A stretch of DNA of 64,000 nt from Rhodobacterales bacterium (GCA_038205135.1 JBBRCF010000003.1:1312-65311), one strand, 5' to 3'. Shown: positions 10,590-20,491, numbered from the stretch's first letter. The notes: generated from the letters alone by a model not told the origin. Numbers and translations are program-made.

Positions 10590-11824
10590 TCACCCTGGGC
10601 GGTATCACGTATGCACTGGACGATCCGCGCGTGATTGCCGTTCTGATGGGTGCGGCGGTGGCCCTTTTGATGCTGGTGCTGCTGATCTTGGCTGTGCGGG
10701 CAGCGGGGCGGTCTGCGCGGCTGACCGAACCCCTGATCCACGGTGTGGCCGCGATGACCGCGCGGGTGCAGGCGTTATCGGACGGACAACAGCAACTGGC
10801 GGGCGGCCTGACCCATGTGTCCGAAGCGCAGGCGGCGGCGCAGGCGCACATGATGCGGCTGATGGAAACCCGGCTGGCGCAGGTATCGACCGCGATGACC
10901 GAAAACCTGCAAGGATCGGCGCGACGCACCGCACAATCGCTGGGTGATCTGCAACAGCGGCTGGCGACCATCGACAAGGCACAGGACAACATCGTGAAAC
11001 TGTCCGGCGATGTGCTGTCGTTGCAGGATATATTGTCGAACAAGCAGACCCGCGGCGCGTTTGGCGAGATTCAATTGCACGACATCGTGCTGAAGGCGCT
11101 GCCATCGGATGCGTATACCATGCAGGCGACGCTGTCGAACGGGCGGCGGGCGGATTGCCTGATCCATCTGCCGAACCCGCCTGGCCCCATCGTGATCGAC
11201 AGCAAATTCCCGCTGGAAGCCTATGAGGCGCTGCGCCGTGCGGAAACCCCCGAGGCGCTGACCCGCGCCGCGCAGCAATTCCGCCTGTCGGTGCGCACGC
11301 ATATTCGCGCGATTGCGGATCGCTATGTGATCGAGGGCGAAACGGCGGATGGCGCGATGATGTTCCTGCCCTCCGAGGCGGTCTATGCCGAACTGCATTC
11401 CAATTTCCCCGACGTGGTGCGCGAAGGATTCGCGGCCCGCGTCTGGATCGTGTCGCCCACCACATGCATGGCCACGCTGAACACCATGCGCGCGATCCTG
11501 AAAGACGCGCGGATGCGCGAACAGGCCGGCGCGATCCGGCGCGAACTGGCTGCACTGTATGGCGATATCGACCGGCTGGTGACGCGGGTCGGCAATCTGG
11601 ACCGGCATTTCGGTCAGGCCGCGAAGGATATCGAGGAAATCAAGATCAGCGCCGACAAGGCCGGCAAACGCGCGCGCCGGCTGGATAATTTCGATTTCGA
11701 GGAATTGGCCCCCGATCTTGTGCAACCTGATCTTGTGCAACCTGATCTTGTGCAACCCGATCTGGTTCCGCCCGGGGATGGCCCGGTGCCGATCCTGCGC
11801 CCGAAAATCTCCAGCGCCGAATGA
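10586..11824 (+). CDS. rmuC: DNA recombination protein RmuC
   Basis: N-terminal TM, coiled-coil region and RmuC nuclease-like core ([21 protein letters not shown]). The ATG overlaps the mutL stop (ATGA). Confidence 0.88.
   Translation: MITLGGITYALDDPRVIAVLMGAAVALLMLVLLILAVRAAGRSARLTEPLIHGVAAMTARVQALSDGQQQLAGGLTHVSEAQAAAQAHMMRLMETRLAQVSTAMTENLQGSARRTAQSLGDLQQRLATIDKAQDNIVKLSGDVLSLQDILSNKQTRGAFGEIQLHDIVLKALPSDAYTMQATLSNGRRADCLIHLPNPPGPIVIDSKFPLEAYEALRRAETPEALTRAAQQFRLSVRTHIRAIADRYVIEGETADGAMMFLPSEAVYAELHSNFPDVVREGFAARVWIVSPTTCMATLNTMRAILKDARMREQAGAIRRELAALYGDIDRLVTRVGNLDRHFGQAAKDIEEIKISADKAGKRARRLDNFDFEELAPDLVQPDLVQPDLVQPDLVPPGDGPVPILRPKISSAE
11711..11770 (+). repeat. 15-bp in-frame tandem repeat, three near-identical copies plus one degenerate copy, encoding (PDLVQ)3-PDLVP at the RmuC C-terminus
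   Basis: cccgatcttgtgcaa / cctgatcttgtgcaa / cctgatcttgtgcaa / cccgatctggttccg, read directly. Confidence 0.9.
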
Positions 11825-12649
11825 TCAGCCGCGCGGATAGGTCGGGTGGAACAGGCCGGCGGGCGAGGGGGTGAAAATCTCGACCGCCGTTGCCGTCACG
11901 CCAACCGAATGTTCGAACTGCGCCGATAGTGATTTGTCGCGGGTCACGGCTGTCCATTCATCGGCAAGCGTTTTCGTCTCGGGCCGCCCGAGGTTTACCA
12001 TCGGTTCGATGGTAAAGAACATGCCTTCTTCCAGCACCGGCCCGGTGCCGGGACGCCCGTAATGCAGAACGTTGGGCGGCGCGTGAAACACGCGGCCCAA
12101 CCCATGCCCGCAGAAATCGCGCACCACCGACATGCGGTGGCTTTCGACATGGCTCTGGATCGCGTGGCCGATGTCGCCAAAGGTATTGCCGGGCCTGACG
12201 GCCGCGATTCCCAGCATCAGCGCGTCATGCGTGACCTCGATCAGGCGTTCGGCCTTGCGCGGCAATTTGCCGGCGACGTACATCCGGCTGGTATCGCCGA
12301 ACCAGCCATCCACGATCACCGTGACATCGATGTTCAGGATATCGCCATCCTTCAACACTTTCGGCCCCGGAATGCCGTGACAGACGACATGGTTGATCGA
12401 AATGCAGGATCCGTGCTGATAGCCCTTGTAGCCGATCGTGGCGGAAACCGCGGCTTTGGCGGCGACCATGGCTGTGATGATGCTGTCAATTTCGCCGGTC
12501 GTCTGGCCGGGAAACACACGCGGCGCGATGTCGTCGAGGATTTCGGCGGCCACACGCCCGGCGCGGCGCATGCCGGCGAACTCGGCAGCGTCGTGGATGC
12601 GAATCCCCTCGCGGGTCAATCGTCCGGTATGCTGGTCGTTCACGTGCAA
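11825..12649 (-). CDS. map: Type I methionine aminopeptidase
   Basis: 274 aa with conserved metal-ligand blocks (VCHGIP, DIDVTV, GHGLG, FTIEP, EHSV). Confidence 0.95.
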   Translation of the reverse strand: MHVNDQHTGRLTREGIRIHDAAEFAGMRRAGRVAAEILDDIAPRVFPGQTTGEIDSIITAMVAAKAAVSATIGYKGYQHGSCISINHVVCHGIPGPKVLKDGDILNIDVTVIVDGWFGDTSRMYVAGKLPRKAERLIEVTHDALMLGIAAVRPGNTFGDIGHAIQSHVESHRMSVVRDFCGHGLGRVFHAPPNVLHYGRPGTGPVLEEGMFFTIEPMVNLGRPETKTLADEWTAVTRDKSLSAQFEHSVGVTATAVEIFTPSPAGLFHPTYPRG

Positions 12650-12787
12650 AAGCCTCTGTCAACTTGGGAATGTCCTGAAACTAGGCGCATTTGTGCCGGA
12701 TGGCCAGAGGGGCGCGTGTCAACAGGATTTGAAACCGTTCCGCGCGGGGCCTATACCCGATGCAACGGACTGTGAAAGGACCGACCC

Positions 12788-13510
12788 ATGGCCAATCCAA
12801 CTGCTGCGATGCTTGTCATAGGGGATGAAATCTTGTCCGGTCGCACCCGAGACAGCAACATGTACCATCTGGCGCAGGAACTGACGAAACACGGGATCAC
12901 CCTGTCCGAGGCGCGCGTGGTGGCCGATGACGCGCCCGCCATCGTCGCGGCGGTGCGGGCGCTGGCCGCGACGCATGACCATGTGTTCACCAGCGGAGGC
13001 ATCGGGCCGACCCATGATGACATCACCGCAGACTGCATCGCACAGGCATTCGACGCGAAGATCAGTGTGCGCGACGACGCCAGCGCGCTGTTGGGAGCGC
13101 ATTATGCGCGGCAGGGGCTGGAATTCAACGCGGCGCGGCAACGGATGGCGCGTATCCCGGACGGGGCCACGCTGATCGACAATCCGGTGTCGATCGCGCC
13201 GGGGTTCACCTTGCACAATGTGCATGTCATGGCGGGCATCCCGGCGGTGTTCGAGGCCATGGTGGCATCGGTGTTGCCAACGCTGACCGGAGGGCCGCCG
13301 CTGATGTGGCAGACTCTGCGCCTGATGCGCGGCGAGGGCGAGGTGGCCGAACGGCTGGGCGCGCTGGCGGCGCGCTACCGAGACCTCGCGATTGGGTCGT
13401 ATCCGTTTCAACGCGATGGCGCCTTTGGCACCAATCTCGTGATCCGCGGCACGGATGGCGCACGGGTCGAGGCGGCAATGGCAGAACTGATGGGGCTGTT
13501 TCCGGCATGA
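12788..13510 (+). CDS. CinA-like MoCF-biosynthesis (molybdopterin-binding) domain protein
   Basis: The IGDEILSGRTRDSN and GGIGPTHDD motifs are typical of the CinA N-terminal/MoaB-MogA fold. Confidence 0.8.
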   Translation: MANPTAAMLVIGDEILSGRTRDSNMYHLAQELTKHGITLSEARVVADDAPAIVAAVRALAATHDHVFTSGGIGPTHDDITADCIAQAFDAKISVRDDASALLGAHYARQGLEFNAARQRMARIPDGATLIDNPVSIAPGFTLHNVHVMAGIPAVFEAMVASVLPTLTGGPPLMWQTLRLMRGEGEVAERLGALAARYRDLAIGSYPFQRDGAFGTNLVIRGTDGARVEAAMAELMGLFPA

Positions 13511-14265
13511 ACCAACCCGCCGCCAAGGCCCCAATCATGCCGGATGCCGCTGATCTGTACGGCGTGATCGACGTGACCTGGCCGCCCGAGACGGTTGCCG
13601 ATGTCGGCCCGTTTCGGGTGCGGCGCGCAGCAGGTGCGGGCGGGCGGGTCAACGCGGCCTCGCTGCTGGCGGATGGCGATCCGGGGCAGGGAGCCGTTGA
13701 CGCCGCGGTTGCGGCGATGACCGGTGGCCCGCGCCTGTTCATGATCCGTGATCGTGATATCGCGCTGGATGCCCGGCTGGCCGACATGCGCTACCGCATT
13801 GCCGATCCGGTGACGTTCTACATTGCCCCCGCTGCGGCGCTGGCGGCGCGCGACCTGCCCCGGGTCTGCGCCTTTACCTTGTGGGAACCGCTGGCGATCC
13901 AGATCGACATCTGGGATCAGGGCGGCATCGGTGCGGCGCGGCGCGCGGTGATGGACCGGGCAGATTGCCCCAAGGCATCGATTCTGGGGCGGCTGAACGA
14001 CAGCCCCGCCTGTGCCGGCTATGTCGGGCTGGCGGGTGACATCGCCATGATGCATGCGCTGAGTGTGCTGCCGCATCAGCGGCGTCAGGGGATGGGTGGC
14101 CATGCCCTGACCGCTGCGGCACGCTGGACGGTCGCCGCGGGGGGGCGTTGGGTGTCTCTGGTGGTGGCACAGGACAATGCGGGGGCGAATGCGCTCTATG
14201 CTTCCCTCGGGATGGTGCCCGTGGGAAGCTATCATTACCGCATCCATCCGGAGGACCGCAAATGA
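13507..14265 (+). CDS. GNAT family N-acetyltransferase
   Basis: C-terminal acetyl-CoA motif (VLPHQRRQGMGGHAL ... NAGANALYASLGM). The ATG overlaps the upstream stop. Confidence 0.7.
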   Translation: MNQPAAKAPIMPDAADLYGVIDVTWPPETVADVGPFRVRRAAGAGGRVNAASLLADGDPGQGAVDAAVAAMTGGPRLFMIRDRDIALDARLADMRYRIADPVTFYIAPAAALAARDLPRVCAFTLWEPLAIQIDIWDQGGIGAARRAVMDRADCPKASILGRLNDSPACAGYVGLAGDIAMMHALSVLPHQRRQGMGGHALTAAARWTVAAGGRWVSLVVAQDNAGANALYASLGMVPVGSYHYRIHPEDRK

Positions 14266-14828
14266 CCCGCCTGCCGACCGCCCTGAACCTGCCGCCGGTG
14301 GACCCCTTGCCGGAAAAGACCCAGAAATATTTCGACATCTGCACCGACAAGCTGGGCATGGTGCCGAACGTGCTGGCGGCGCATGCCTTCGACATCGACA
14401 TGCTGAACGCCTTTGCCACGCTGTACAACAAGCTGATGCTGGCGGATTCGGGTCTGACCAAGCTGGAACGCGAAATGATCGCGGTGGCGGTGTCGTCGGT
14501 GAACCGCTGTTTCTACTGCCTGACGGCGCATGGCGCGGCGGTGCGGGAATTGTCCGGCAACCCGGTGCTAGGCGAAATGATGGTGATGAACTGGCGTGTC
14601 GCAGACCTGACCCCGAAACAGCGCGCCATGCTGGCCTTTGCCGAAAAGGTGACGGTCGCATCGCATACCATTTTAGAGGATGACCGGCAGGGCCTGCGCG
14701 ATCAGGGATTTCTGGATCGCGACATCTGGGACATTGCCAATGTCGCAGCGTTTTTCAACATGACGAACCGGGTCGCGTCCGCCACCGACATGCGCCCGAA
14801 CATCGAGTATCACGCGCAGTTCCGATGA
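14262..14828 (+). CDS. AhpD-like / carboxymuconolactone decarboxylase family peroxidase-related enzyme
   Basis: 188 aa with a CxxC-type motif (NRCFYCLTAHG). The ATG overlaps the upstream stop. Confidence 0.8.
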   Translation: MTRLPTALNLPPVDPLPEKTQKYFDICTDKLGMVPNVLAAHAFDIDMLNAFATLYNKLMLADSGLTKLEREMIAVAVSSVNRCFYCLTAHGAAVRELSGNPVLGEMMVMNWRVADLTPKQRAMLAFAEKVTVASHTILEDDRQGLRDQGFLDRDIWDIANVAAFFNMTNRVASATDMRPNIEYHAQFR

Positions 14829-15787
14829 AGTCATGGGCCGTCATTCTGGCTTTGCTGGCAAGCCCGGTGGCCAGCGCCGAGGTGCCATCGCTGGGTTTGC
14901 CCGACGGTGCCCGGATGGTGCTGGACCAGATCCGTCCGGACACCGGCCATGATCTGCCCATCGGCCCCTTTGCGGGGTTTCTGCCGACCGACCCGCGCGA
15001 AGGACTGGTCACGCTGCGGGTCTGGCAGATGGCGGGCGAAATGCAAACCCTGCGTCTGCTGGATCCGCTGCGCGACCAGATCATCGCCGCAGGGTTCACG
15101 CCCGTGTTTGCCTGTCGCGATGTGGCCTGCGGCGGCTATGATTTCCGCTTTGCCACCGAGGTCGCCCCGCCGCCCGAAATGCAGGTGGACCTGACGGATT
15201 TTCTTTTTCTGTCGGCGGCACGGCAGGATGAACGGCTGTCGTTGTTGGTGTCGCGGGCGGGCCGCACAGGGTTTGTCCAGATGATCCATGTCGCTCCCAT
15301 GCTGGCCGCGACGGGCCAGCCCGCGGCACAGACCCCGGCGGCCCCTGCGGTCCCGGCGGCCCCGGCGGGGGCGGCCCCCGCGGCTCCTGTGGCATCCGGG
15401 GCCGGCGATCCGTCGTTCGGGCCACAATTGCTGTCGGTGGGGCGGGTGGTGCTGGCGGATCTGTCTTTTGCGACCGGCGCGGCCGAACTGGGACCGGGGC
15501 CTTTTGCATCGCTGGATGCGCTGGCACGGTTTCTGGCGGAAAATACTGCGCGGCGGGTCGCGCTGGTTGGCCACACCGATGCGGTGGGGACACTGGACGG
15601 CAACATCGCCTTGTCCGAACGGCGCGCGGTGGCGGTGCTGGAACGTCTGGTTTCGGAATACTCTGTCGCGCGGGGTCAGGTCGAGGCGCGCGGCATCGGC
15701 TATCTGGCGCCTCTGATGCCCAGCACGACCCCCGAAGGCCGCGACCAGAACCGGCGCGTCGAGGCCGTGCTGTTGGCCGCCAATTGA
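14825..15787 (+). CDS. OmpA-family protein (signal peptide, unknown N-domain, Ala/Pro linker, C-terminal OmpA-like peptidoglycan-binding domain)
   Basis: C-terminal GHTDAVG...N..LSERRA...NRRVE motif set. Signal peptide MKSWAVILALLASPVASA. Confidence 0.8.
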   Translation: MKSWAVILALLASPVASAEVPSLGLPDGARMVLDQIRPDTGHDLPIGPFAGFLPTDPREGLVTLRVWQMAGEMQTLRLLDPLRDQIIAAGFTPVFACRDVACGGYDFRFATEVAPPPEMQVDLTDFLFLSAARQDERLSLLVSRAGRTGFVQMIHVAPMLAATGQPAAQTPAAPAVPAAPAGAAPAAPVASGAGDPSFGPQLLSVGRVVLADLSFATGAAELGPGPFASLDALARFLAENTARRVALVGHTDAVGTLDGNIALSERRAVAVLERLVSEYSVARGQVEARGIGYLAPLMPSTTPEGRDQNRRVEAVLLAAN

Positions 15788-15801
15788 CGTTCAGGATCTC
15801 C

Positions 15802-16296
15802 TTACAGATTGCCGTTGTTGCGGACCAGCGCCGCGTTGTGATCCAGCAACCGGTCCAGCAGGGCGATGAACTGGCGCGCCTCGGCCAGTGACAGGCAGGC
15901 CAGCACCTCGTCGTTGCGGTCACGGGCAAATGTCAGCGCCTTGGCATGGCAGGTGGTGCCTGTGGCGGTCAAAGTCAATTCTACCTTGCGCGCATCCACC
16001 GGGCAGACGCGGCTGGTCAGCTTGCCCCGTGTGACCAAGGCCTGAACAGTGCGGCTCAGTTGACCCTTGTCCATCAGAATGCGGTCAGCCAATTGCTGCA
16101 ACCCCAGCGGCGCAAGGGCCGCCACCAGCCCCAGCACCCGCCATTCGTTCAGCGTCAGGTCAAAGGCTTTGCGAAAGATCACCGTGCCGTCGTGGGCATT
16201 GATTGCGGCAAACCGCGCGATCTTGAAGGTCAGCATATCCTCGATGGTCGTGATGTCGGGATGCAACCGTTGGTCCGGATCGTCGGTCTGTGTCAT
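15802..16296 (-). CDS. MarR family transcriptional regulator
   Basis: 164 aa with a winged-HTH MarR pattern (LTLNEWRVLGLV ... LMDKGQLSRTVQALVTRG). Confidence 0.85.
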   Translation of the reverse strand: MTQTDDPDQRLHPDITTIEDMLTFKIARFAAINAHDGTVIFRKAFDLTLNEWRVLGLVAALAPLGLQQLADRILMDKGQLSRTVQALVTRGKLTSRVCPVDARKVELTLTATGTTCHAKALTFARDRNDEVLACLSLAEARQFIALLDRLLDHNAALVRNNGNL

Positions 16297-16381
16297 GCAT
16301 GCCTCCTGTCCTTCGCACAGGCTGCGACAACCTTGGCACGGGTTCCAGCGAAAAAATGCGGGTCTGGCCCGGCAAGGCAGT

Positions 16382-16813
16382 TCAGATCGCCGCGCGCAGG
16401 CGGGTCTGAAACTGCGGGATCACGCGGGGATGGGTCAGGAATGTGTCCAGCGGCATCATCTGCCAGGCCGAGCCTTCGTTGCCCAACCGCAGGGCGGCAG
16501 CGTCGAAAACAAGTGGCAGCGCCACAAAGAACCACACCACCCGGCCGGCTTGGTCCAGATACCCGCTGGCGTGGCGGGGCGTTTGCGCGAACAGGTCCAG
16601 CGCCAGTTCTTCGGCGGCTTCGCGACAGGCGCAGGCCCATGGGGATTCGGTGCCTTCGCGTCCGCCACCGGGCAGGTCCCACCAGCCGGGCCATGGAATG
16701 TCGGGTTTGTCGTCGCGCAGCAGGGTCGCGACCGTGCCCTGCCAGATCACGGCGACCTTGGCACCATGAAACGGATCAGTTGTCGTTGATGTCGCGGTCC
16801 CAGATACGGACAT
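16382..16813 (-). CDS. Nudix hydrolase
   Basis: Nudix box GGREGTESPWACACREAAEELAL. The start is uncertain: the ATG at 16813 overlaps nfeD by 38 nt, and an in-frame GTG at 16750 is the alternative. Confidence 0.7.
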   Translation of the reverse strand: MSVSGTATSTTTDPFHGAKVAVIWQGTVATLLRDDKPDIPWPGWWDLPGGGREGTESPWACACREAAEELALDLFAQTPRHASGYLDQAGRVVWFFVALPLVFDAAALRLGNEGSAWQMMPLDTFLTHPRVIPQFQTRLRAAI

Positions 16814-17057
16814 TGCCCCGATCCCGTGGAAAAACGCGATTAAGCCACCACCAGGCCACGACCGACGCCAGCGCAAAGACCAGCACCGTCGCTGCAAAGG
16901 ATGTACCGAACAGCCCCGTTGCCACCAATGCCGCCATGGCCAGCGCGCCGATGGCGAACCCCAGCAGGATAAACCCCGGCAGCAGCATTTCCGCCACGCC
17001 CAGCATCGCCGCAAACACCAGCCAGACCCACCACAATTTCCAAGCCTCCATCAGCAT
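16776..17057 (-). CDS. NfeD-family small membrane protein
   Basis: 93 aa with two to three TM segments plus a short soluble tail, lying 1 nt downstream of the SPFH gene. This is the classic SPFH-NfeD pair. Confidence 0.75.
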   Translation of the reverse strand: MLMEAWKLWWVWLVFAAMLGVAEMLLPGFILLGFAIGALAMAALVATGLFGTSFAATVLVFALASVVAWWWLNRVFPRDRGNVRIWDRDINDN

Positions 17058-17058
17058 A

Positions 17059-17943
17059 TCAGCGTCCTTTCAACAACTTGAAGGCATCTGAAAACGCTTC
17101 CAACGCGGCGGCGGGCAGAATGATCGTCTGTTTGCCCTGGCCCGAGGCGACTGCCTCCAGCGCTTCTACCTGCCGCAGGGCGACCTGATACTGCGCCGCT
17201 TCGATGCCGTTTTCGCGGATCGCGCCGGCGACGACACTGGTGGCATAGGCTTCGGCATCGGCCTGAATGCGGCGCGCCTTGGCCTCTTGTTCGGCGGCAT
17301 ACAACTGCGCATCGGCGGCCAGTTCGACGGAGCGTTTCTTGCCTTCGGCCTCGGTCACCTGCGCGCGGCGGGCGCGTTCGGCGTTCAGCTGTTGCAGCAT
17401 TGCGGCGCGGGTCGCGCTGTCCAGATTCACGTCCAGAATCTCGGCCCGGGTCACCTCGATGCCCCAGTCATCGACCATGGCGCGGACCGCCTCGCGAATC
17501 TTGTGAATCAGTTCGTTGCGGTTCGACTGGACCTGATCCAGTTCCATCTTGCCGATTTCCGACCGTACGATGCCGGCCACGGTGGTTGCAATCGCGCCAT
17601 CGACATCACGGATGCGGTAGACGGTCTTTTCCGGTTCGGTGATGCGGTAAAATACCGATGTTTCGACCTTGACCAGCACGTTGTCGAGGGTGATCGCATC
17701 CTGTTCGGCGGTTGGCAGCTGCCGTTCAAGAATCGAGATGCGATGTGCCACCACATCCAGAAACGGCACGATGAAATTCAGCCCCGGCCCCAGAACCGCA
17801 TGCAGCCGCCCGAACCGTTCGATCACGAATTTTTCGGACTGCGGCACGATGCGGACCGCTTTCCACAACGTGACAATGATCAGGACGGCAATCGCCAGAT
17901 ACGCGGCGTTCGACCCGATGAATTCGACGATCACGTCGTCCAT
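17059..17943 (-). CDS. SPFH/band-7 (stomatin-like) protein
   Basis: TM anchor, then an SPFH domain (RIVPQSEKFVIERFGR...), then a coiled-coil tail. The ATG at 17943 is preceded by GGGAGAA. Confidence 0.88.
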   Translation of the reverse strand: MDDVIVEFIGSNAAYLAIAVLIIVTLWKAVRIVPQSEKFVIERFGRLHAVLGPGLNFIVPFLDVVAHRISILERQLPTAEQDAITLDNVLVKVETSVFYRITEPEKTVYRIRDVDGAIATTVAGIVRSEIGKMELDQVQSNRNELIHKIREAVRAMVDDWGIEVTRAEILDVNLDSATRAAMLQQLNAERARRAQVTEAEGKKRSVELAADAQLYAAEQEAKARRIQADAEAYATSVVAGAIRENGIEAAQYQVALRQVEALEAVASGQGKQTIILPAAALEAFSDAFKLLKGR

Positions 17944-18012
17944 GCCGTTCTCCCTCATCTGCTGCGCTACTGCTTAGCCCCCCGGTGCCGTCAGGCCAAC
18001 CGATTTTGCCGG

Positions 18013-18052
18013 TGCAAATTAACAAACCCCCGGGCCGGGGGCCGCGGGGGTT
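18013..18052 (-). terminator. Terminator after rpsU
   Basis: AACCCCCG...CGGGGGTT stem followed by TGTTAATTT on the minus strand. Confidence 0.6.
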
Positions 18053-18084
18053 GTCATTTCGACATCCGAACAAGAAAGCCTGCC

Positions 18085-18291
18085 TTACAGCATGCCTTCG
18101 CGTTGCAGCTTCTTGCGCGCCAGCTTGCGGGCCCGACGGACCGCTTCGGCTTTTTCGCGCGCCCGCTTGACCGAAGGTTTCTCGAAATGCTGCTTGAGCT
18201 TCATTTCGCGAAAGACACCTTCGCGCTGCAGTTTCTTCTTCAGAGCCCGAAGGGCCTGATCGACGTTGTTGTCGCGAACACTTACCTGCAT
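18085..18291 (-). CDS. rpsU: 30S ribosomal protein S21
   Basis: 68 aa, [20 protein letters not shown]... Confidence 0.95.
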   Translation of the reverse strand: MQVSVRDNNVDQALRALKKKLQREGVFREMKLKQHFEKPSVKRAREKAEAVRRARKLARKKLQREGML

Positions 18292-18400
18292 GTGGTTTTC
18301 ACCACCTTTCTAGGTTGAGTTGCAATGAATTGCAGGATGGGTGCCAATAGCGCAGCATATCCTATATGTCTAGATCAAAGCATGCCTGACGGAGGTTCCC

Positions 18401-19105
18401 ATGCCCGATACCACAGCTGAACTGGATCGCCTGCTGGATGCGGCGTTGATGCATGTGCCGTTTGACGGCTGGTCGGCGGATACTTTCTCCGCTGCGGTGC
18501 GTGATTCGGGACTGGACCTGACGGTTGCCCGCGCCATCTGCCCGCGCGGTGCGGTCGATCTGGCGATGGCGTTCCACCGGCGCGGTGATGCGCTGATGGT
18601 GGGCCGGATGCAGGCCGCCGATCTGGCTGCGATGCGCTACAGCGACCGGGTGACGTTTGCGATCCGCGCCCGGCTCGAGGCGATCAGCGACAAGGAAGCC
18701 GTGCGGCGCGGGTCCACCCTGTTTGCGCTGCCGCAACATGCCGCGGATGGCGCGCGGCTGATCTGGGGCACGGCGGATGCGATCTGGACCGCGCTGGGCG
18801 ACACCTCGACCGACATCAACTGGTACACCAAACGCGCCACGCTGTCCGCGGTCTATGGCGCGTCCGTGCTGTATTGGCTGGGAGACCAGTCCGAAGACCA
18901 CGCGGCAACCTGGGCCTTTGTCGACCGTCGCATCGCTGATGTGATGCAGATCGAAAAGGTCAAGACGACGCTGCGGGACAACAAGCTGTTTTCGGCCCTG
19001 ATGGCCGGTCCCAACATGATCTTGTCCAAGGTGCGCGCGCCCGCGCCACGGCCCGACATGCCGGGGCGCTGGTCCGCGCCAACCGGGACGCCCGACGCGA
19101 ACTAG
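18401..19105 (+). CDS. COQ9-family protein (the 'RpsU-divergently transcribed protein' family)
   Basis: Divergent from rpsU. Length and helical pattern are consistent with bacterial COQ9 homologues. Confidence 0.75.
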   Translation: MPDTTAELDRLLDAALMHVPFDGWSADTFSAAVRDSGLDLTVARAICPRGAVDLAMAFHRRGDALMVGRMQAADLAAMRYSDRVTFAIRARLEAISDKEAVRRGSTLFALPQHAADGARLIWGTADAIWTALGDTSTDINWYTKRATLSAVYGASVLYWLGDQSEDHAATWAFVDRRIADVMQIEKVKTTLRDNKLFSALMAGPNMILSKVRAPAPRPDMPGRWSAPTGTPDAN

Positions 19106-19440
19106 GCTGTGACCCACAACGTCGCGGCATGAAGGGCCGCGATGCCCAGATTGGTGATCACCACCGGGTTGCGCGCGCCGACAGCGGGCAGGGTGGCGAC
19201 TTTGTAGATCACCTGCACCGCCAGCATGGCCTGGGCATGGGGCAGAATGTCGTGACCCGCCCATGACGCCGCCAGCAGCGCGACTGATGCCAGCAGGATC
19301 GCGCCATAGACGCAGATCAGGATGCGCCGGGCCGGCGTGTCCGGTCCATAGGCCCGCTGTGCAGGCAGGTCATTGGCGATCAGAAAGCCGACCACTGGCA
19401 CCAGCACAGCGATATTCACCATCAGGGACAGGTTCAGCAT
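19102..19440 (-). CDS. Small membrane protein (4 TM), unknown function
   Basis: 112-aa hydrophobic ORF starting at MLNLSLMV. The rest of the 261-aa ORF-track frame is Arg/Pro-rich and not protein-like. Confidence 0.5.
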   Translation of the reverse strand: MLNLSLMVNIAVLVPVVGFLIANDLPAQRAYGPDTPARRILICVYGAILLASVALLAASWAGHDILPHAQAMLAVQVIYKVATLPAVGARNPVVITNLGIAALHAATLWVTA

Positions 19441-19505
19441 CGGTGTCTCCTGTTTCCTCATGCGCTTTGGCTTGATACGCAGTCCTGAACCCGGAGGATC
19501 ACCCA

Positions 19506-20489
19506 ATGCCACAAATGATGCGCGCTGTCGAAATCGCTGCCCCCGGCGGGCCCGAGATGCTGCGGCTGACCGAACGGCCGCGCCCGGTGGCCGGGCATGG
19601 TCAGGTTGTGATCCGCGTGGCCTATGCGGGGGTGAACCGGCCCGATGCGCTGCAACGTGCGGGGGCCTATGCGCCGCCGCCCGGTGCGTCCGATCTGCCG
19701 GGGCTGGAATGTGCCGGGCATGTCGCCGAGGTCGGCCCGGGCGTGACCGAATGGCGTGCGGGCGACGCGGTCTGCGCCCTGTTGCCCGGTGGCGGTTATG
19801 CCGAATATGTGACGACGCCTGCCGCGCATTGTCTGCCGGTGCCTGTGGGCATGGACCTGCGCGCCGCCGCCTGTTTGCCAGAGACATATTTCACAGTCTG
19901 GACCAACGTATTCATGCGCGGGCGTCTGACGGCGGGCGAACGGTTTCTGGTGCATGGCGGCGCGTCCGGCATCGGCACGACGGCCATTCAGCTGGCCCGC
20001 GCCTTTGGTGCGCGGGTGTTCACCACTGTGGGCAGGGCCGACAAGGTCGCCCCGGTGATGGCGCTTGGGGCGGAACGCGTGATCATCCACACATCCGAGG
20101 ATTTCGTCGGTGTGATGACGGCGGCGGGTGGGGCCGATCTGATCCTCGACATGGTCGGCGGGCCCTATCTGCCGCGCAACCTGACTGCGCTGGCCAATGA
20201 CGGGCGGCTGGTGCAGATCGCGTTTCTGCAAGGACCCAAGGTCGAGGTGAACTTTGCGCAAATGATGACGCGGCGGTTGACGATCACCGGGTCCACGCTG
20301 CGCCCGCAATCCGATCTGGCCAAGGCGCGCATTGCCGAAGGGCTGCGCGCCCATGTCTGGCCGTTGCTGGCGGCGGGCACGGTGGCGCCGGTCATGGACA
20401 GCGAATTCGCGTTGGCTGATGCCGCCGGTGCGCATGCCCGGATGGAAGGATCGACGCATATCGGCAAGATCGTCCTGAAGGTGGCCTGA
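19506..20489 (+). CDS. NAD(P)H:quinone oxidoreductase, PIG3/zeta-crystallin MDR family
   Basis: MDR fold motifs (GVNRPD, GLECAG, VHGGASGIGT). Confidence 0.88.
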   Translation: MPQMMRAVEIAAPGGPEMLRLTERPRPVAGHGQVVIRVAYAGVNRPDALQRAGAYAPPPGASDLPGLECAGHVAEVGPGVTEWRAGDAVCALLPGGGYAEYVTTPAAHCLPVPVGMDLRAAACLPETYFTVWTNVFMRGRLTAGERFLVHGGASGIGTTAIQLARAFGARVFTTVGRADKVAPVMALGAERVIIHTSEDFVGVMTAAGGADLILDMVGGPYLPRNLTALANDGRLVQIAFLQGPKVEVNFAQMMTRRLTITGSTLRPQSDLAKARIAEGLRAHVWPLLAAGTVAPVMDSEFALADAAGAHARMEGSTHIGKIVLKVA

Positions 20490-20491
20490 GG

